From: Bdellovibrionaceae bacterium UBA6776
Lineage (GTDB): Bacteria > Bdellovibrionota > Bdellovibrionia > Bdellovibrionales > UBA1609
NCBI GenBank assembly: GCA_002453155.1
Contig: DKGG01000023.1
Location: 13,785 to 77,784 of the forward strand
Length of the DNA stretch: 64,000 nt
Reading direction: 5' to 3'
In this document: in pieces, positions 19,255 to 29,136 of the stretch
How positions within the stretch are numbered: the first letter of the stretch is position 1
Layout of the letters: each line of letters starts with the position of its first letter
Translations under genes and position numbers: made by a program
Notes under the pieces: model-generated
Told to the model about the DNA's origin: nothing
Seen by the model: the letters and a program-made list of their open reading frames with translations, nothing else
The model's database searches: none

Positions 19255-20990
19255 ACACGGCCCCCTGAACTTTGCATTTCAAAAAGTTGATTGTAGGTCG
19301 CAGATTTAGAAAGCAATTCCAAATGATCTCCGGCCCACTCCAAATGGCCCTGATTTAAAACCAGAATCTGATCGCACCAGGCCACAGATGCCAACTTGTG
19401 AGCAATCACAATGGCCGTCTTATTTTGCAGCTGGTTTTTTAAAATATTTAAAATGTTTTCTTCTGTCTTTGCATCCACTGCACTTAAAGTGTCGTCCAAA
19501 ATCGCAATGGAGGAATCTTTCACCAAGGCCCGTGCCAATGTCATCCGTTGCTTTTGTCCTCCCGAAAGGTTCACTCCGCGTTCGCCCACAATGGATTTGT
19601 ACTGATCGGGCCATTCTAAAATTTCATCATGAAGATGAACGTGCTCAGTGGCTTCTACAATTTCTTCCATTTCCCACGAGAGTTTGGAAAAGGCTAAGTT
19701 CTCGGAAACAGACTGGCTAAAAAGAAAGGCATCTTGAGGCACCACTTGCACCAAGTTTCTTAAAGAGCTCAGTTTGATTTTTTCAATGGAGTGACCATTG
19801 ATTAAAATGCTTCCCTCAGGGGCGGGATGCAGGCGGCACAACATTTCGATCAAGGTGGTCTTGCCGCTTCCGGTGGGGCCCACAATCCCAAGGGATTGAC
19901 CTTTTTTCAGAGAAAAGGAAATGTTCTGAAGAGCTGGTGCATTTTTGTCGGCGTAGGTGAAGCTAAGGTTTTTGACTTCTAAAGATTCAAAATGATCCAA
20001 CTCTAAAGCTCCGTGATCCTCCACCTCGGACCTCTCTTGCAGCACATCTTGGATGCGGCGGTGAGAGGCCAGGCCTTCTTGCAAATGGCTCATAGAGATC
20101 CCCAGAGCCGTCATGGGCCACATCATTCTTTGAACGTATTGGTAGAATGAGAAAAAAGCCCCAATGGTCACCGCGCCGGCAAGAACATCTGGAATTCCCA
20201 CCAGCAAAAGAATCACACACCCCAAGGCCATGGGCAGTTCCATGGCGGGGCTGAAAAAGGCGTCCCAAAGCCCTACGCGGTTGCAGTTGTTTTCGTAGGT
20301 TTTTGAGTATTGATTGAAGTGGCGGGTTTGTTGATGTTCTTGAGCGAAAGATTTAATCACTCGCACGCCCGAAACGATCTCTTGCGCCACTCCAGAAACT
20401 TCCGAAAAAGATTCCTGTCTTTGAGAGTAAGCGGAGTTTAATTTTTTCATCACCACACGAATCAAAAAGGGCGTGACGGGCATCAGGATCAAAGTCTTCC
20501 AGGTCCAACTGGGAGAAATGCTGATCATAATAGGGATGATCAAAATGCTTTGAAAAATCGCATCTGCGAGAATTAAAAAACCAGGCCCAATTCCAATGCG
20601 AAAGGCGTTCACGTCATTGGTGATCAAAGACATCAGTCGGCCAATTTTGTGCTTCTGAAAAAACGAAGGCGAAAGATCTGTGTATTTGAAAAACAAATCA
20701 TTTCTCAAATCGTCGGCCACCGCATGGTGAAACCGGGCCCAAAAGATCCGCCACAAAAATCGAAACAAAGACAAGGTCAGTGTGACCACCACAATGATGA
20801 TGGTGATCCGAGCAATCTCCTCAAAGGGATCATTTTGTGTGAGGTGATCCAAGGCCCGTCCGATCAGCCAGGGGATGGAAACTTCTAAGCTGTTGGTCAC
20901 CACCAAACAGGAAATCCCCAAGGCCACAAAACCGCGGTATTTCCGTGCAAACTGCAAGTAGGGATTGTTTCTGAAAAAGGAGAGGAGCAT
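19251..20990 (-). CDS. ABC exporter, fused permease/ATPase (partner half transporter)
   Basis: Walker A GPTGSGKTT, signature LSGGQKQR and Walker B AILDDTLSAVD. A 4-nt overlap with the downstream half-transporter suggests a heterodimer. Confidence 0.85.
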   Translation of the reverse strand: MLLSFFRNNPYLQFARKYRGFVALGISCLVVTNSLEVSIPWLIGRALDHLTQNDPFEEIARITIIIVVVTLTLSLFRFLWRIFWARFHHAVADDLRNDLFFKYTDLSPSFFQKHKIGRLMSLITNDVNAFRIGIGPGFLILADAIFQSILIIPIMISISPSWTWKTLILMPVTPFLIRVVMKKLNSAYSQRQESFSEVSGVAQEIVSGVRVIKSFAQEHQQTRHFNQYSKTYENNCNRVGLWDAFFSPAMELPMALGCVILLLVGIPDVLAGAVTIGAFFSFYQYVQRMMWPMTALGISMSHLQEGLASHRRIQDVLQERSEVEDHGALELDHFESLEVKNLSFTYADKNAPALQNISFSLKKGQSLGIVGPTGSGKTTLIEMLCRLHPAPEGSILINGHSIEKIKLSSLRNLVQVVPQDAFLFSQSVSENLAFSKLSWEMEEIVEATEHVHLHDEILEWPDQYKSIVGERGVNLSGGQKQRMTLARALVKDSSIAILDDTLSAVDAKTEENILNILKNQLQNKTAIVIAHKLASVAWCDQILVLNQGHLEWAGDHLELLSKSATYNQLFEMQSSGGRV

Positions 20991-21013
20991 TTCGAAAAAT
21001 CTATTCGAATCTC

Positions 21014-21046
21014 AAAAAAAAAGCCAGCCCCGAAGGACTGGCTTTT
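21014..21046 (-). terminator. Rho-independent terminator after the S8 protease gene
   Basis: The minus strand reads AAGCCAGTCCTTCGGGGCTGGCTTTTTTTTT, a stem followed by a T-run. Confidence 0.7.
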
Positions 21047-21069
21047 GAAGATTTCATCAAAGAAAAATC

Positions 21070-22560
21070 TTAGCGTTGCATCAACGCTCTCACATCCAAC
21101 TGTCCGCCAGAAACGGTCTTTGAAGACAATTGAGACGTGCGTCGCACACTGCTTAAAAGGGCCGACTTCACTTCTTTGTAAGAAGCTCCGGGGTGCTTAG
21201 AAATGTACAAAGCTGCAGCACCAGAAACGTGAGGAGCCGCCATGGAAGTTCCATCCCAAGTGGCTGTCATCATTCCGGGAATATCAATCACAGTGTCACT
21301 GTACTTGTTGCCCACCATGGTGGAGAAAACCTTCACGCCAGGAGCACCCAAATCCACGGTTCGCGCTCCCCAGTTGGAGAAGGATCCAAGGTTTGCGCCC
21401 TCGTCGATGGCCGCAACAGAAACGATGTTTTCGTTGCTGTAACTTGCAGGAACACCGGGACGGGAATCGCTGTCATTGTCATATCCATTTCCTTGGTGAC
21501 CGTTTCCAGCCGCTGCAACGAAAAGCACATTGTGGCTTTCGGCGTACTGAATCACGTCTTTCAAAGCTTGAGTGGCAGGATCGTTGGGATCATCGCCCTC
21601 AGAGCCCCAAGAGTTGGAAAGCACATTGGCGCCGTTGTCCACACCGTATTTTACCGCTTCAACCGCATCTGCAGTGGTTCCTTGACCTTTTTCAGTCAAA
21701 AAGCGAATGGCCATGATTTTTACATTTGGAGCCACGCCCACAACACCTTTTCCGTTGTCTGCGCGAGCGGCCACGTTACCGGCACAGTGAGTTCCGTGAC
21801 CAGGGTTTCCACCACCGAAAAGCATGTCCCAAACAGAAGTGGTAAAGTCATAGGGCTTGTTGTCTTTGCTGGCAAAGTCCCAGCCTACAACGTCATCGAC
21901 AAAACCGTTTCCATCATCGTCCACGCCATTGGAAGCTTTGTCGCGACCGTTGGTATCCACTCCGGTTTCACCGGGGTTTCTCCACATGTTGTCCACCAAA
22001 TCTTCATGGGTGTAATCCACACCCGTGTCGATCACGGCAACAACCACTTGGTCAGAACCTTTTCCGTTGGCGGCCCAAGCGTCTTTCACTCCCAATTGGT
22101 TCATGCCCCATTGGTTGGAGTAGTTGGGATCGGCGCCACTGCCGCCGCTGCCTGTGGTTGGAATTGCAGGGTTGTCTGGAGGAACGGGTCCACCAAGATC
22201 TGGAAGTCCGCCTTCTTGGATGCGAGCCATGATTTTAGCTCTCATCTCAGGGCTTTTTACACTCCAGTTGTTCCAAAGTTTGATCACGCGGTTGGGGCCA
22301 AAAGTCTTAATGCCCGGAGCGCTGAACGCGTTTACAGATGAAAACGTCATCATCATGGTGTCGGACAACTGCACACGAATCCAACCTGCAACGCCCAAGT
22401 CTGAAACTTGGCTTCCTTTGGGAAGTCGTTCTTTTAAGTTGCTAATAACTTCAGCAACTGCAGATGGATCTGCTTTGACCAAATAGTCATTTCTGACTTC
22501 ACTGCTGGCATGTGCCTGCCAGGTCAGTGACAGTCCGATTAAAAGTGAAAGTAATCGCAT
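21070..22560 (-). CDS. Secreted subtilisin-family (S8) serine protease
   Basis: ATG 22560 is preceded by AAGGAGGGG and gives MRLLSLLIGLSLTWQAHA. The catalytic triad motifs are DTGVDYTHEDL, HGTHCAGN and GTSMAAPHVSGAAAL. Confidence 0.85.
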   Translation of the reverse strand: MRLLSLLIGLSLTWQAHASSEVRNDYLVKADPSAVAEVISNLKERLPKGSQVSDLGVAGWIRVQLSDTMMMTFSSVNAFSAPGIKTFGPNRVIKLWNNWSVKSPEMRAKIMARIQEGGLPDLGGPVPPDNPAIPTTGSGGSGADPNYSNQWGMNQLGVKDAWAANGKGSDQVVVAVIDTGVDYTHEDLVDNMWRNPGETGVDTNGRDKASNGVDDDGNGFVDDVVGWDFASKDNKPYDFTTSVWDMLFGGGNPGHGTHCAGNVAARADNGKGVVGVAPNVKIMAIRFLTEKGQGTTADAVEAVKYGVDNGANVLSNSWGSEGDDPNDPATQALKDVIQYAESHNVLFVAAAGNGHQGNGYDNDSDSRPGVPASYSNENIVSVAAIDEGANLGSFSNWGARTVDLGAPGVKVFSTMVGNKYSDTVIDIPGMMTATWDGTSMAAPHVSGAAALYISKHPGASYKEVKSALLSSVRRTSQLSSKTVSGGQLDVRALMQR

Positions 22561-22924
22561 AAGCCCCTCCTTAGTGTTTTCGATGCTCCCGTTCCTTTTC
22601 CCGATCCCTTGGGAGAAAGGTTTCACGCCCGCAAAGGCCTATGAATGAAGCATCTTCGTCCAAAGATTGAACCGCGGCTTAGGGCCAGTTTCAAATTGAA
22701 ACCACTGAGCAAAATAAAACTGGACCTTTTATGGTGTCCTGTTTCCAAAGGCGGTGGAGTGATAGGGGATTGACGCGTCGTCCCCCTCTCTTCAATGCTT
22801 TTCAAAATCTTTTGAAAACACTCGAGGGACGTGTGTATTTCTATCTACTTGAAAACCTGTTGAAAAAACTTAAAGTGGGGATGATTCAAATTCATCTTTG
22901 TTGAACGACATCTTGGAGGATTAA

Positions 22925-23458
22925 ATGTCGACGTCTTCCGCAACACAAGATCGCCAGCTGGTCGAAGACGCGCGGTCTTTTGCATTTACGACAAAATTGG
23001 AAGCCATTGCGGCTTGGGGACGGAAAAACTCCCTTTGGCCCATGCCTTATGGAACTGCTTGCTGTGGAATTGAAATGATGTCCGTTATGGGACCTCGTTA
23101 CGACTTGGCTCGATTTGGAGCTGAGGTGGTTCGATTTTCACCGCGACAAGCGGACCTTATGATTGTGGCAGGAACCATCACCGAAAAAATGGCGCCGGTC
23201 ATTTTGCGCATCTATCAGCAAATGTTGGAGCCAAAGTTTGTGCTCTCTATGGGTGCTTGTGCAAGTTCCGGCGGTTTTTACCGCGCTTATCATGTGCTTC
23301 AAGGAGTGGATAAAGTGATTCCTGTGGATGTTTACGTTCCTGGATGTCCTCCCACTCCCGAAGCGGTTTTGGATGGAGTGATGGCGATTCAAAAAATGAT
23401 TCAAGACGGGACAGCTCGTCCTTGGAAAGACAACTGGCAGGCAGGCGTTTACCTATGA
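22925..23458 (+). CDS. nuoB: NADH-quinone oxidoreductase subunit B
   Basis: GGAGGA RBS. Motifs TACCGIEMM and GCPPTPE are present. Confidence 0.9.
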   Translation: MSTSSATQDRQLVEDARSFAFTTKLEAIAAWGRKNSLWPMPYGTACCGIEMMSVMGPRYDLARFGAEVVRFSPRQADLMIVAGTITEKMAPVILRIYQQMLEPKFVLSMGACASSGGFYRAYHVLQGVDKVIPVDVYVPGCPPTPEAVLDGVMAIQKMIQDGTARPWKDNWQAGVYL

Positions 23459-25146
23459 GTTTAGACATTACGGAATCTTTACGATCCAATTTTCAATCTA
23501 AGTTTCCCGGAAACAATTTCAACTACACCTACGCCTTTGGAAACTCCGTGGTGCGTGTGGAGCCCAATGAAGTGGTTCCTCTTTTGCGGCACTTAAAGGA
23601 TTCGGGACAGTTTGATTTTCTGATGAACATCAGTGGCGTGGATTATCCGGACCGCAAGAAACGTTTTGAAGTGAACTACGAATTGTTCTCTTCTCGAAAT
23701 GCCCAACGTCTGCGTATCAAAACTCAAATTGCCGAAGGCGAAACCATTCCCACAGCAACGTCTGTGTGGCGGGGAGCCAACTGGTTTGAGCGCGAAATCT
23801 ATGACATGTTCGGAGTGAAGTTTGAAGGTCACTTGAACATGCGCCGCCTTTTGGTGCACCAACAGTTTGAAGGCTTTCCGCTTCGAAAAGATTATCCGGC
23901 AGACCGGCAGCAGCACTGCACAGAGGCTTTGCCCATACACTTTGATGTCAATCCGGAGCGACCGTTTTCGTTGGACGAAGAAAAAGATCTGGTGCCTTTG
24001 AACATTGGACCTTCCCATCCGGCCACTCACGGAACCCTTCGGGTGATGGCGCTGCTTGATGGTGAAAAGGTACACCGTGCGGGGGTTGAACTGGGATATC
24101 TTCACCGCTGTTTTGAAAAGATGGCGGAGACCCATCCTTACAACCAAGTGATTCCTTACACCGACCGTTTGAACTACTGCTCGGCCCCGATGAACAACGT
24201 GGGCTATTGCAAGGCCGTGGAAACTTTGCTTGGAGTGGATATCCCTCCCAAAGCAAAAGCCATTCGAATCATACTTTGTGAGCTTTCTCGAATCATCGAT
24301 CACATTGTTTGCATTGGTGCAAACGCTGTGGACTTGGGAGCGCTGACCGGATTCTTTCACCTCTTCACTTACCGGGAAAAGGTTTACACGCTGTTCGAAA
24401 AATTGTGTGGAGCCCGGTTGACCGTATCACTCACTCGTGTGGGTGGAATGGCAAACAATCCTCCAGAAAATTGGTACAAAGACGTTTTGGAGTTTTGCGA
24501 TGAAATGAGTGTGGGTGTGGACGAATTGGACACTCTCCTTACAGGAAATAAAATTTGGATGCAACGGACTCAAGATGTGGGAGCCATTTCCGCAGAACGT
24601 GCCATTGAATGGGGTTACACCGGCCCACTTCTTAGGGCTGCCGGAGTTCCTTTGGATCTTCGCAAAACCGATCCTTACTATGGTTATGACCAATTGGATT
24701 TCGACATTCCCACCGGGACCACCGGCGACGTTTTTGATCGCTATTTGGTGCGTGTGGCAGAGATGCGTGAATCCATTAAGATCATTCGTCAGGTGGCAAA
24801 AAACATTCCTGAAGGGGATTACACCATTCGCGACAAAGGCATCGTTCTTCCAGAGAAAAAAGATGTCTATGGAAACATCGAAGGTTTGATGAACCACTTT
24901 ATGTTGGTGATCAAAGGCCTAAGACCTCCAGCGGGTGAAATCTATGACGCCACAGAGGCGGCAAACGGGGAACTTGGCTTTTACTTGGTCAGTGACAACT
25001 CCGGGAATCCGTACCGATTGAAAGTTCGACCTCCTTGTTTTGCAATCTATCAATCGTTTGCCGAGCAGGTGGAAGGCGGATTGGTTGCTGATGTGATTTC
25101 TATTTTGGGAAGTATGAACTTGATCGCCGGTGAGTTGGATCGATAG
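23455..25146 (+). CDS. nuoCD: NADH-quinone oxidoreductase fused subunits C/D
   Basis: ATG 23455 overlaps the nuoB stop as ATGA. The NuoC part has [20 protein letters not shown] and the NuoD part has [14 protein letters not shown]. Confidence 0.9.
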   Translation: MSLDITESLRSNFQSKFPGNNFNYTYAFGNSVVRVEPNEVVPLLRHLKDSGQFDFLMNISGVDYPDRKKRFEVNYELFSSRNAQRLRIKTQIAEGETIPTATSVWRGANWFEREIYDMFGVKFEGHLNMRRLLVHQQFEGFPLRKDYPADRQQHCTEALPIHFDVNPERPFSLDEEKDLVPLNIGPSHPATHGTLRVMALLDGEKVHRAGVELGYLHRCFEKMAETHPYNQVIPYTDRLNYCSAPMNNVGYCKAVETLLGVDIPPKAKAIRIILCELSRIIDHIVCIGANAVDLGALTGFFHLFTYREKVYTLFEKLCGARLTVSLTRVGGMANNPPENWYKDVLEFCDEMSVGVDELDTLLTGNKIWMQRTQDVGAISAERAIEWGYTGPLLRAAGVPLDLRKTDPYYGYDQLDFDIPTGTTGDVFDRYLVRVAEMRESIKIIRQVAKNIPEGDYTIRDKGIVLPEKKDVYGNIEGLMNHFMLVIKGLRPPAGEIYDATEAANGELGFYLVSDNSGNPYRLKVRPPCFAIYQSFAEQVEGGLVADVISILGSMNLIAGELDR

Positions 25147-25171
25147 GGAAATTTGGGAGATATAAACTAAA

Positions 25172-25657
25172 ATGAGCAAAGCCTTTGAATTGTCAAAAGA
25201 GGGAGCCGAGTTGGTTAAAAAAGAACTGACTCGCTATGAAACCAAACATTCCGCGATCATTCCCGCTCTTTATCAAGTGCAGAAGGAAAACGGATGGGTG
25301 CCGCCAGAATCTATTGAATATTTGGCCGGATTGATGGGGCTTCCCGAAAGTCACATCAATGAAGTGTTCAGCTTCTACACCATGTTCAATAAAGTTCCCA
25401 CGGGAAAGCTTCACGTGCAGGTTTGTACAAACATTTCTTGCTCGATGAATGGTGGTCGAGAGTTGGCAAAAAAACTTTGCGAACGTTTCAACGTGAAACC
25501 TGGAGAAGTCAGCAAAGATGGATTGGTGACCATTTCTCAAGTGGAGTGCTTGGGTTCTTGCGACACCGCTCCTATGATGCAGGTGAATGATCGATACATT
25601 GAAAATTTGGATTTTGAGAAAGCCGTCCAAGCTTTGAAAGAAATGGGGGCTCAGTAA
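25172..25657 (+). CDS. nuoE: NADH-quinone oxidoreductase subunit E (2Fe-2S)
   Basis: 161 aa with Cys pattern CTNISC...CLGSCDTAP. Confidence 0.9.
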   Translation: MSKAFELSKEGAELVKKELTRYETKHSAIIPALYQVQKENGWVPPESIEYLAGLMGLPESHINEVFSFYTMFNKVPTGKLHVQVCTNISCSMNGGRELAKKLCERFNVKPGEVSKDGLVTISQVECLGSCDTAPMMQVNDRYIENLDFEKAVQALKEMGAQ

Positions 25658-25658
25658 A

Positions 25659-26945
25659 ATGTCATCTTTAGAAGTGAAACTCCTTTCGGAACACTACGAC
25701 AAGCCTGAATTTCAAGGCCTTGAAGGGTATAAAAAACACGGGGGCTATGAGGTTTTGGTCAAAGCCCTAAAGATGGAGCCTCAGAAGATCATTGATGAAG
25801 TGAAAGCATCTGGTCTTCGTGGTCGTGGGGGAGCGGGTTTCCCCACAGGAGTGAAATGGGGATTTTTGCCGAACAACGATGAACCTCGTTATCTTCTTTG
25901 CAATGCGGATGAAGGGGAGCCGGGGACCTTTAAGGATCGGGTGATGATGGAGCGCGCTCCTCATCAATTGATTGAAGGAATGATCATTTCGGCCTTCGCG
26001 GTAAAATCTCACAAGTCTTACATTTACATCCGCGGAGAATACGATGAGCCTGCGCGCATTTTGCGAAAGGCACTGGATGAAGCTTACGAAGCAGGTCTTC
26101 TTGGAAAAAACATCTTAGGCAGCGGATTTGACCATGACATGGATCTTTATCGCGGAGCCGGGGCTTACATCTGCGGAGAAGAAACTGGAATGATTTCTTC
26201 TTTGGAAGGTTTGAAAGGTCAGCCCAAATTGAAGCCGCCTTTTCCTGCCATTCAAGGTTATTTGAAAAAGCCCACCATTGTGAACAATGTGGAAACCTTG
26301 GCCGCTGTTAAATACATCATTCGTGATGGCGCAGATGCCTACCGAAAGTATGGAACCGAAAAGTCCGCAGGGACCAAATTGTTTTCTATCAGTGGCAATG
26401 TGGTGAAGCCGGGAACTTATGAAGTTCCACTTGGAATTTCATTGAAAGATTTGATTTTTGATGTGTGCGGTGGTTTGAAGCCCGGTCGAAAATTGAAGGC
26501 TGTGATTCCTGGAGGATCTTCCGCTCCCATTTTGACGGCCGAAGAGTCGTTAAAAGTAAATATGGATTACGAAAGCCTGGCTCAATCGGGATCCATGCTG
26601 GGGTCTGGTGCGGTGATCGTGATTGATGACAGCAACGACATGGTGGATTTGTTGGACGTCACTCTTCACTTTTATCACCATGAGTCCTGTGGGCAGTGCA
26701 CGCCTTGCCGTGAGGGAACCGGTTGGATCAGCAAAATCACTCACTCCATTAAAAATGGTGAGGGAACAACAAAAGACATCGATCTGATCAAGAATGTGGC
26801 CGAGCACATGATGGGAAAAACCATTTGTGCATTGAGTGACGCTGCAGCCATGCCGGCCATTTCGTTTGTGACAAAATTTCGAGATGAATTTGAAGCCTAC
26901 GTGAACAAAGGCGTTGAACGACGAGGAGAGGACGCCCATGCCTAA
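25659..26945 (+). CDS. nuoF: NADH-quinone oxidoreductase subunit F (FMN, NADH-binding)
   Basis: GLRGRGGAGFPTG, a GEPGTFKDR-like region and ESCGQCTPCREG are present. Confidence 0.9.
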   Translation: MSSLEVKLLSEHYDKPEFQGLEGYKKHGGYEVLVKALKMEPQKIIDEVKASGLRGRGGAGFPTGVKWGFLPNNDEPRYLLCNADEGEPGTFKDRVMMERAPHQLIEGMIISAFAVKSHKSYIYIRGEYDEPARILRKALDEAYEAGLLGKNILGSGFDHDMDLYRGAGAYICGEETGMISSLEGLKGQPKLKPPFPAIQGYLKKPTIVNNVETLAAVKYIIRDGADAYRKYGTEKSAGTKLFSISGNVVKPGTYEVPLGISLKDLIFDVCGGLKPGRKLKAVIPGGSSAPILTAEESLKVNMDYESLAQSGSMLGSGAVIVIDDSNDMVDLLDVTLHFYHHESCGQCTPCREGTGWISKITHSIKNGEGTTKDIDLIKNVAEHMMGKTICALSDAAAMPAISFVTKFRDEFEAYVNKGVERRGEDAHA

Positions 26946-28485
26946 ATGTACGATCAACGGGAAAGAAATCGAAGTGCCTCAGGGCACCACTGTGATTGAA
27001 GCTTTTAAAATGCTTGGGGATGACATCTGTCACTACTGTTGGCATCCCGGATTGTCTGTGGCCGGCGTTTGCCGTCTGTGTATGGTTCACATTGAAGGCA
27101 TGCCCAAGCTTCAGATTGCCTGCAACACTGAAGTCCGAGACGGGATGGTTGTGACCAACCAAACGGATGATGTGAAGGACACAGTGAAATGGGGATTGGA
27201 TTTTCATTTGATCAATCACCCATTGGATTGTCCCATTTGTGACCAAGCTGGGGAGTGCGGACTTCAAGATCAGTACATGAAGTTTGGAAAGTACGATCCA
27301 GAAATGGCCGAACCCAAAGTGAAAAAACACAAAGTGGTGGATTTGGGGCCCACGGTGGTTTTGGACAGTGAACGCTGCATCTTGTGTTCGCGTTGTGTGC
27401 GCTTTACCGAAGAAGTGACCGAGACCAATGAACTTGGAATTTTCAACCGTGGTGATCGCGCGGAAATCGGAACGGTTCAAGGGCGTCCGTTGGATAACAA
27501 CTACTCTTTAAACACCGTGGACATTTGCCCTGTGGGCGCATTGACCTCTAAAGATTTTCGATTTCGTCAGCGGGTTTGGTATCTGAAAGATTCTGAAAGC
27601 ATCTGTCCGGGATGTTCTACGGGATGTAATGTGAAAGTTTACTTCAACGAAGAAGGATTGTGGCGGGTGAAACCACGCTACAATGCAGAAGTGAACGGCC
27701 ACTGGATGTGTGACGAAGGTCGAAACACATACAAGTATGTGAATGCGGCCCACCGTTTAAAGAAGGTGAAAGCGGGTCAATCTGGGGATTGGTCTCAGGA
27801 AGAAGTGTTTCCAGAGACCATGAAGCTCGGAGAGAAGTTTCGAGCCGCAGCCGAGAAAAATCCAGAGTCCATTGCCGTGCTTGTGACCGGTCAGTACACC
27901 AACGAAGAGTTCAAAAACTTTTTTGAATTTGTTGCGGACGAGTTGAAAGTGAAAAACATTTTTCATTGGATCAACAACCCCGAAAAATTTGACGACTTTG
28001 ATGGATTGCTCCTTCGCGGGGACAAAAATCCAAACACCTACGGTTTGAAAGAGGAGATGAAATCTCGTGGAGGTTTTAAATCCTTGGAAGATCTTCAGGG
28101 CAAGATGTCTCAGTTTGAATGGGTGCTTGTTTTGGGACCGGAAAACCAATCTCAATTTCCTGATCTGAAGGAAAAGGTGGATCTTTTGAGTCAGGCCAAA
28201 TCTGTGATTTGGTTGTCGGCTTGTGAGACTCCAGAGTTGGATGCATTGCGAGCCCCCACCCATCAGATTCCCATGAAGACTTACATTGAAAAGGAAGGGT
28301 CCTTCACCAATTTCAAAGGTTTGGTCCAAGAGTTTAAACGGGGAACCACTGTGATTGAAGATGCTTTAACCCTTCAGGAAGTTGTCGCTTTGCTGCGTGG
28401 ACACGAGCTGGATTATCGCAACCGTCCACAACCCATCGGCGGCACCAAGAAGAACCACTTCACAAACGTGAGAGGTCAGTTATGA
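26938..28485 (+). CDS. nuoG: NADH-quinone oxidoreductase subunit G, short form (about 515 aa)
   Basis: ATG 26938 follows AGGAGAG and overlaps the nuoF stop by 8 nt. It has an N-terminal 2Fe-2S Cys pattern, then HPLDCPICDQAGEC, CILCSRCVRF..CPVGAL and CPGCSTGC. Confidence 0.85.
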   Translation: MPKCTINGKEIEVPQGTTVIEAFKMLGDDICHYCWHPGLSVAGVCRLCMVHIEGMPKLQIACNTEVRDGMVVTNQTDDVKDTVKWGLDFHLINHPLDCPICDQAGECGLQDQYMKFGKYDPEMAEPKVKKHKVVDLGPTVVLDSERCILCSRCVRFTEEVTETNELGIFNRGDRAEIGTVQGRPLDNNYSLNTVDICPVGALTSKDFRFRQRVWYLKDSESICPGCSTGCNVKVYFNEEGLWRVKPRYNAEVNGHWMCDEGRNTYKYVNAAHRLKKVKAGQSGDWSQEEVFPETMKLGEKFRAAAEKNPESIAVLVTGQYTNEEFKNFFEFVADELKVKNIFHWINNPEKFDDFDGLLLRGDKNPNTYGLKEEMKSRGGFKSLEDLQGKMSQFEWVLVLGPENQSQFPDLKEKVDLLSQAKSVIWLSACETPELDALRAPTHQIPMKTYIEKEGSFTNFKGLVQEFKRGTTVIEDALTLQEVVALLRGHELDYRNRPQPIGGTKKNHFTNVRGQL

Positions 28486-29009
28486 GTTTCAAAGTAAAAA
28501 GAGAGCCGGTTCGCTCCAGCTGGTATTTGCCGGGAATTTTGGTGGGACTTGGATTTACATTTAAAAAAATGCTTCAAAACCTTTTCAACCAAAAGAAAAT
28601 GGTGACCCTGAACTATCCGGAAGAAAAGTACCAGTACGGGCCACGCTTCAAGGGCAATCACGTATTAACCGTGAAAAAAGATGGATCTCTTCGTTGTACG
28701 GCTTGTATGCTTTGCGCGACCAACTGTCCGGCGGACTGCATTCGCATTACGGCCAGCGAGCATGAAGACCCCTCGGTTGAGAAGTTTCCGATTTCCTATG
28801 AGATCGACATCCTTCGCTGTGTTTTCTGCGGATTTTGCGAAGAGGCTTGTCCAGTAGATGCGATTCGTATGGGGCCCGAGTGGCAAACCGCGGCCTTGAA
28901 TGGTTCTGAATTCACCTACGACATTCGCCACTTGGCTTACCGCCCACAACTTAAAGGTGGAGTTCCATCCGTATTGGATGACCAAGAACGCCACTCTGCC
29001 GGCATTTAG
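28482..29009 (+). CDS. nuoI: NADH-quinone oxidoreductase subunit I (2x4Fe-4S ferredoxin)
   Basis: ATGA overlap with nuoG. Motifs CTACMLCATNCP and CVFCGFCEEACP are present. Confidence 0.9.
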   Translation: MSFKVKREPVRSSWYLPGILVGLGFTFKKMLQNLFNQKKMVTLNYPEEKYQYGPRFKGNHVLTVKKDGSLRCTACMLCATNCPADCIRITASEHEDPSVEKFPISYEIDILRCVFCGFCEEACPVDAIRMGPEWQTAALNGSEFTYDIRHLAYRPQLKGGVPSVLDDQERHSAGI

Positions 29010-29082
29010 GTGCCAGGTACCAAAATCTGTAAACGCCGCGTTCAATGCGCCATAAACAGATTTTGGTACCTGGCACCTAAAT
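29004..29082. repeat. Perfect 27-bp inverted repeat (ATTTAGGTGCCAGGTACCAAAATCTGT) with a 25-nt spacer, overlapping the nuoI stop
   Basis: 29004-29030 is the exact reverse complement of 29056-29082. No T-run follows the repeat. Confidence 0.9.
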
Positions 29083-29136
29083 GATGCCAAAATTCGGAGG
29101 CGAGACATTCACCCTCACTTAAAAACCCTTATCAAG

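Noticed and set aside
21193-22341. 382-aa ORF on the plus strand antisense to the S8 protease. Other long antisense ORFs were also seen: 50191-51822 (-) in clpB, 23593-24360 (-) in nuoCD, 15822-16394 (+) in the kinase, 26788-27480 (-) in nuoF/G, 9656-10216 (-), and 653-1303 (-).
   Set aside because: The opposite-strand genes have unmistakable conserved motifs. The antisense translations are low-complexity, His/Arg/Val-rich or Phe/Leu-rich, have no recognisable motifs and lack RBSs.
22880-22896. GATGA-N7-TCATC palindrome 35 nt upstream of nuoB as a fourth Crp/Fnr box
   Set aside because: The half-site spacing is N7 rather than N6, the arms differ from the TATGA/TCATA consensus, and it lies too close to the start codon.
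29071-29088. TGGCAC-containing sequence in the palindrome after nuoI as a sigma54 -24/-12 promoter
   Set aside because: The GG-to-GC spacing is 2 nt too long (TGGCACCTAAATGATGC), and no TTGC element sits at the right distance.
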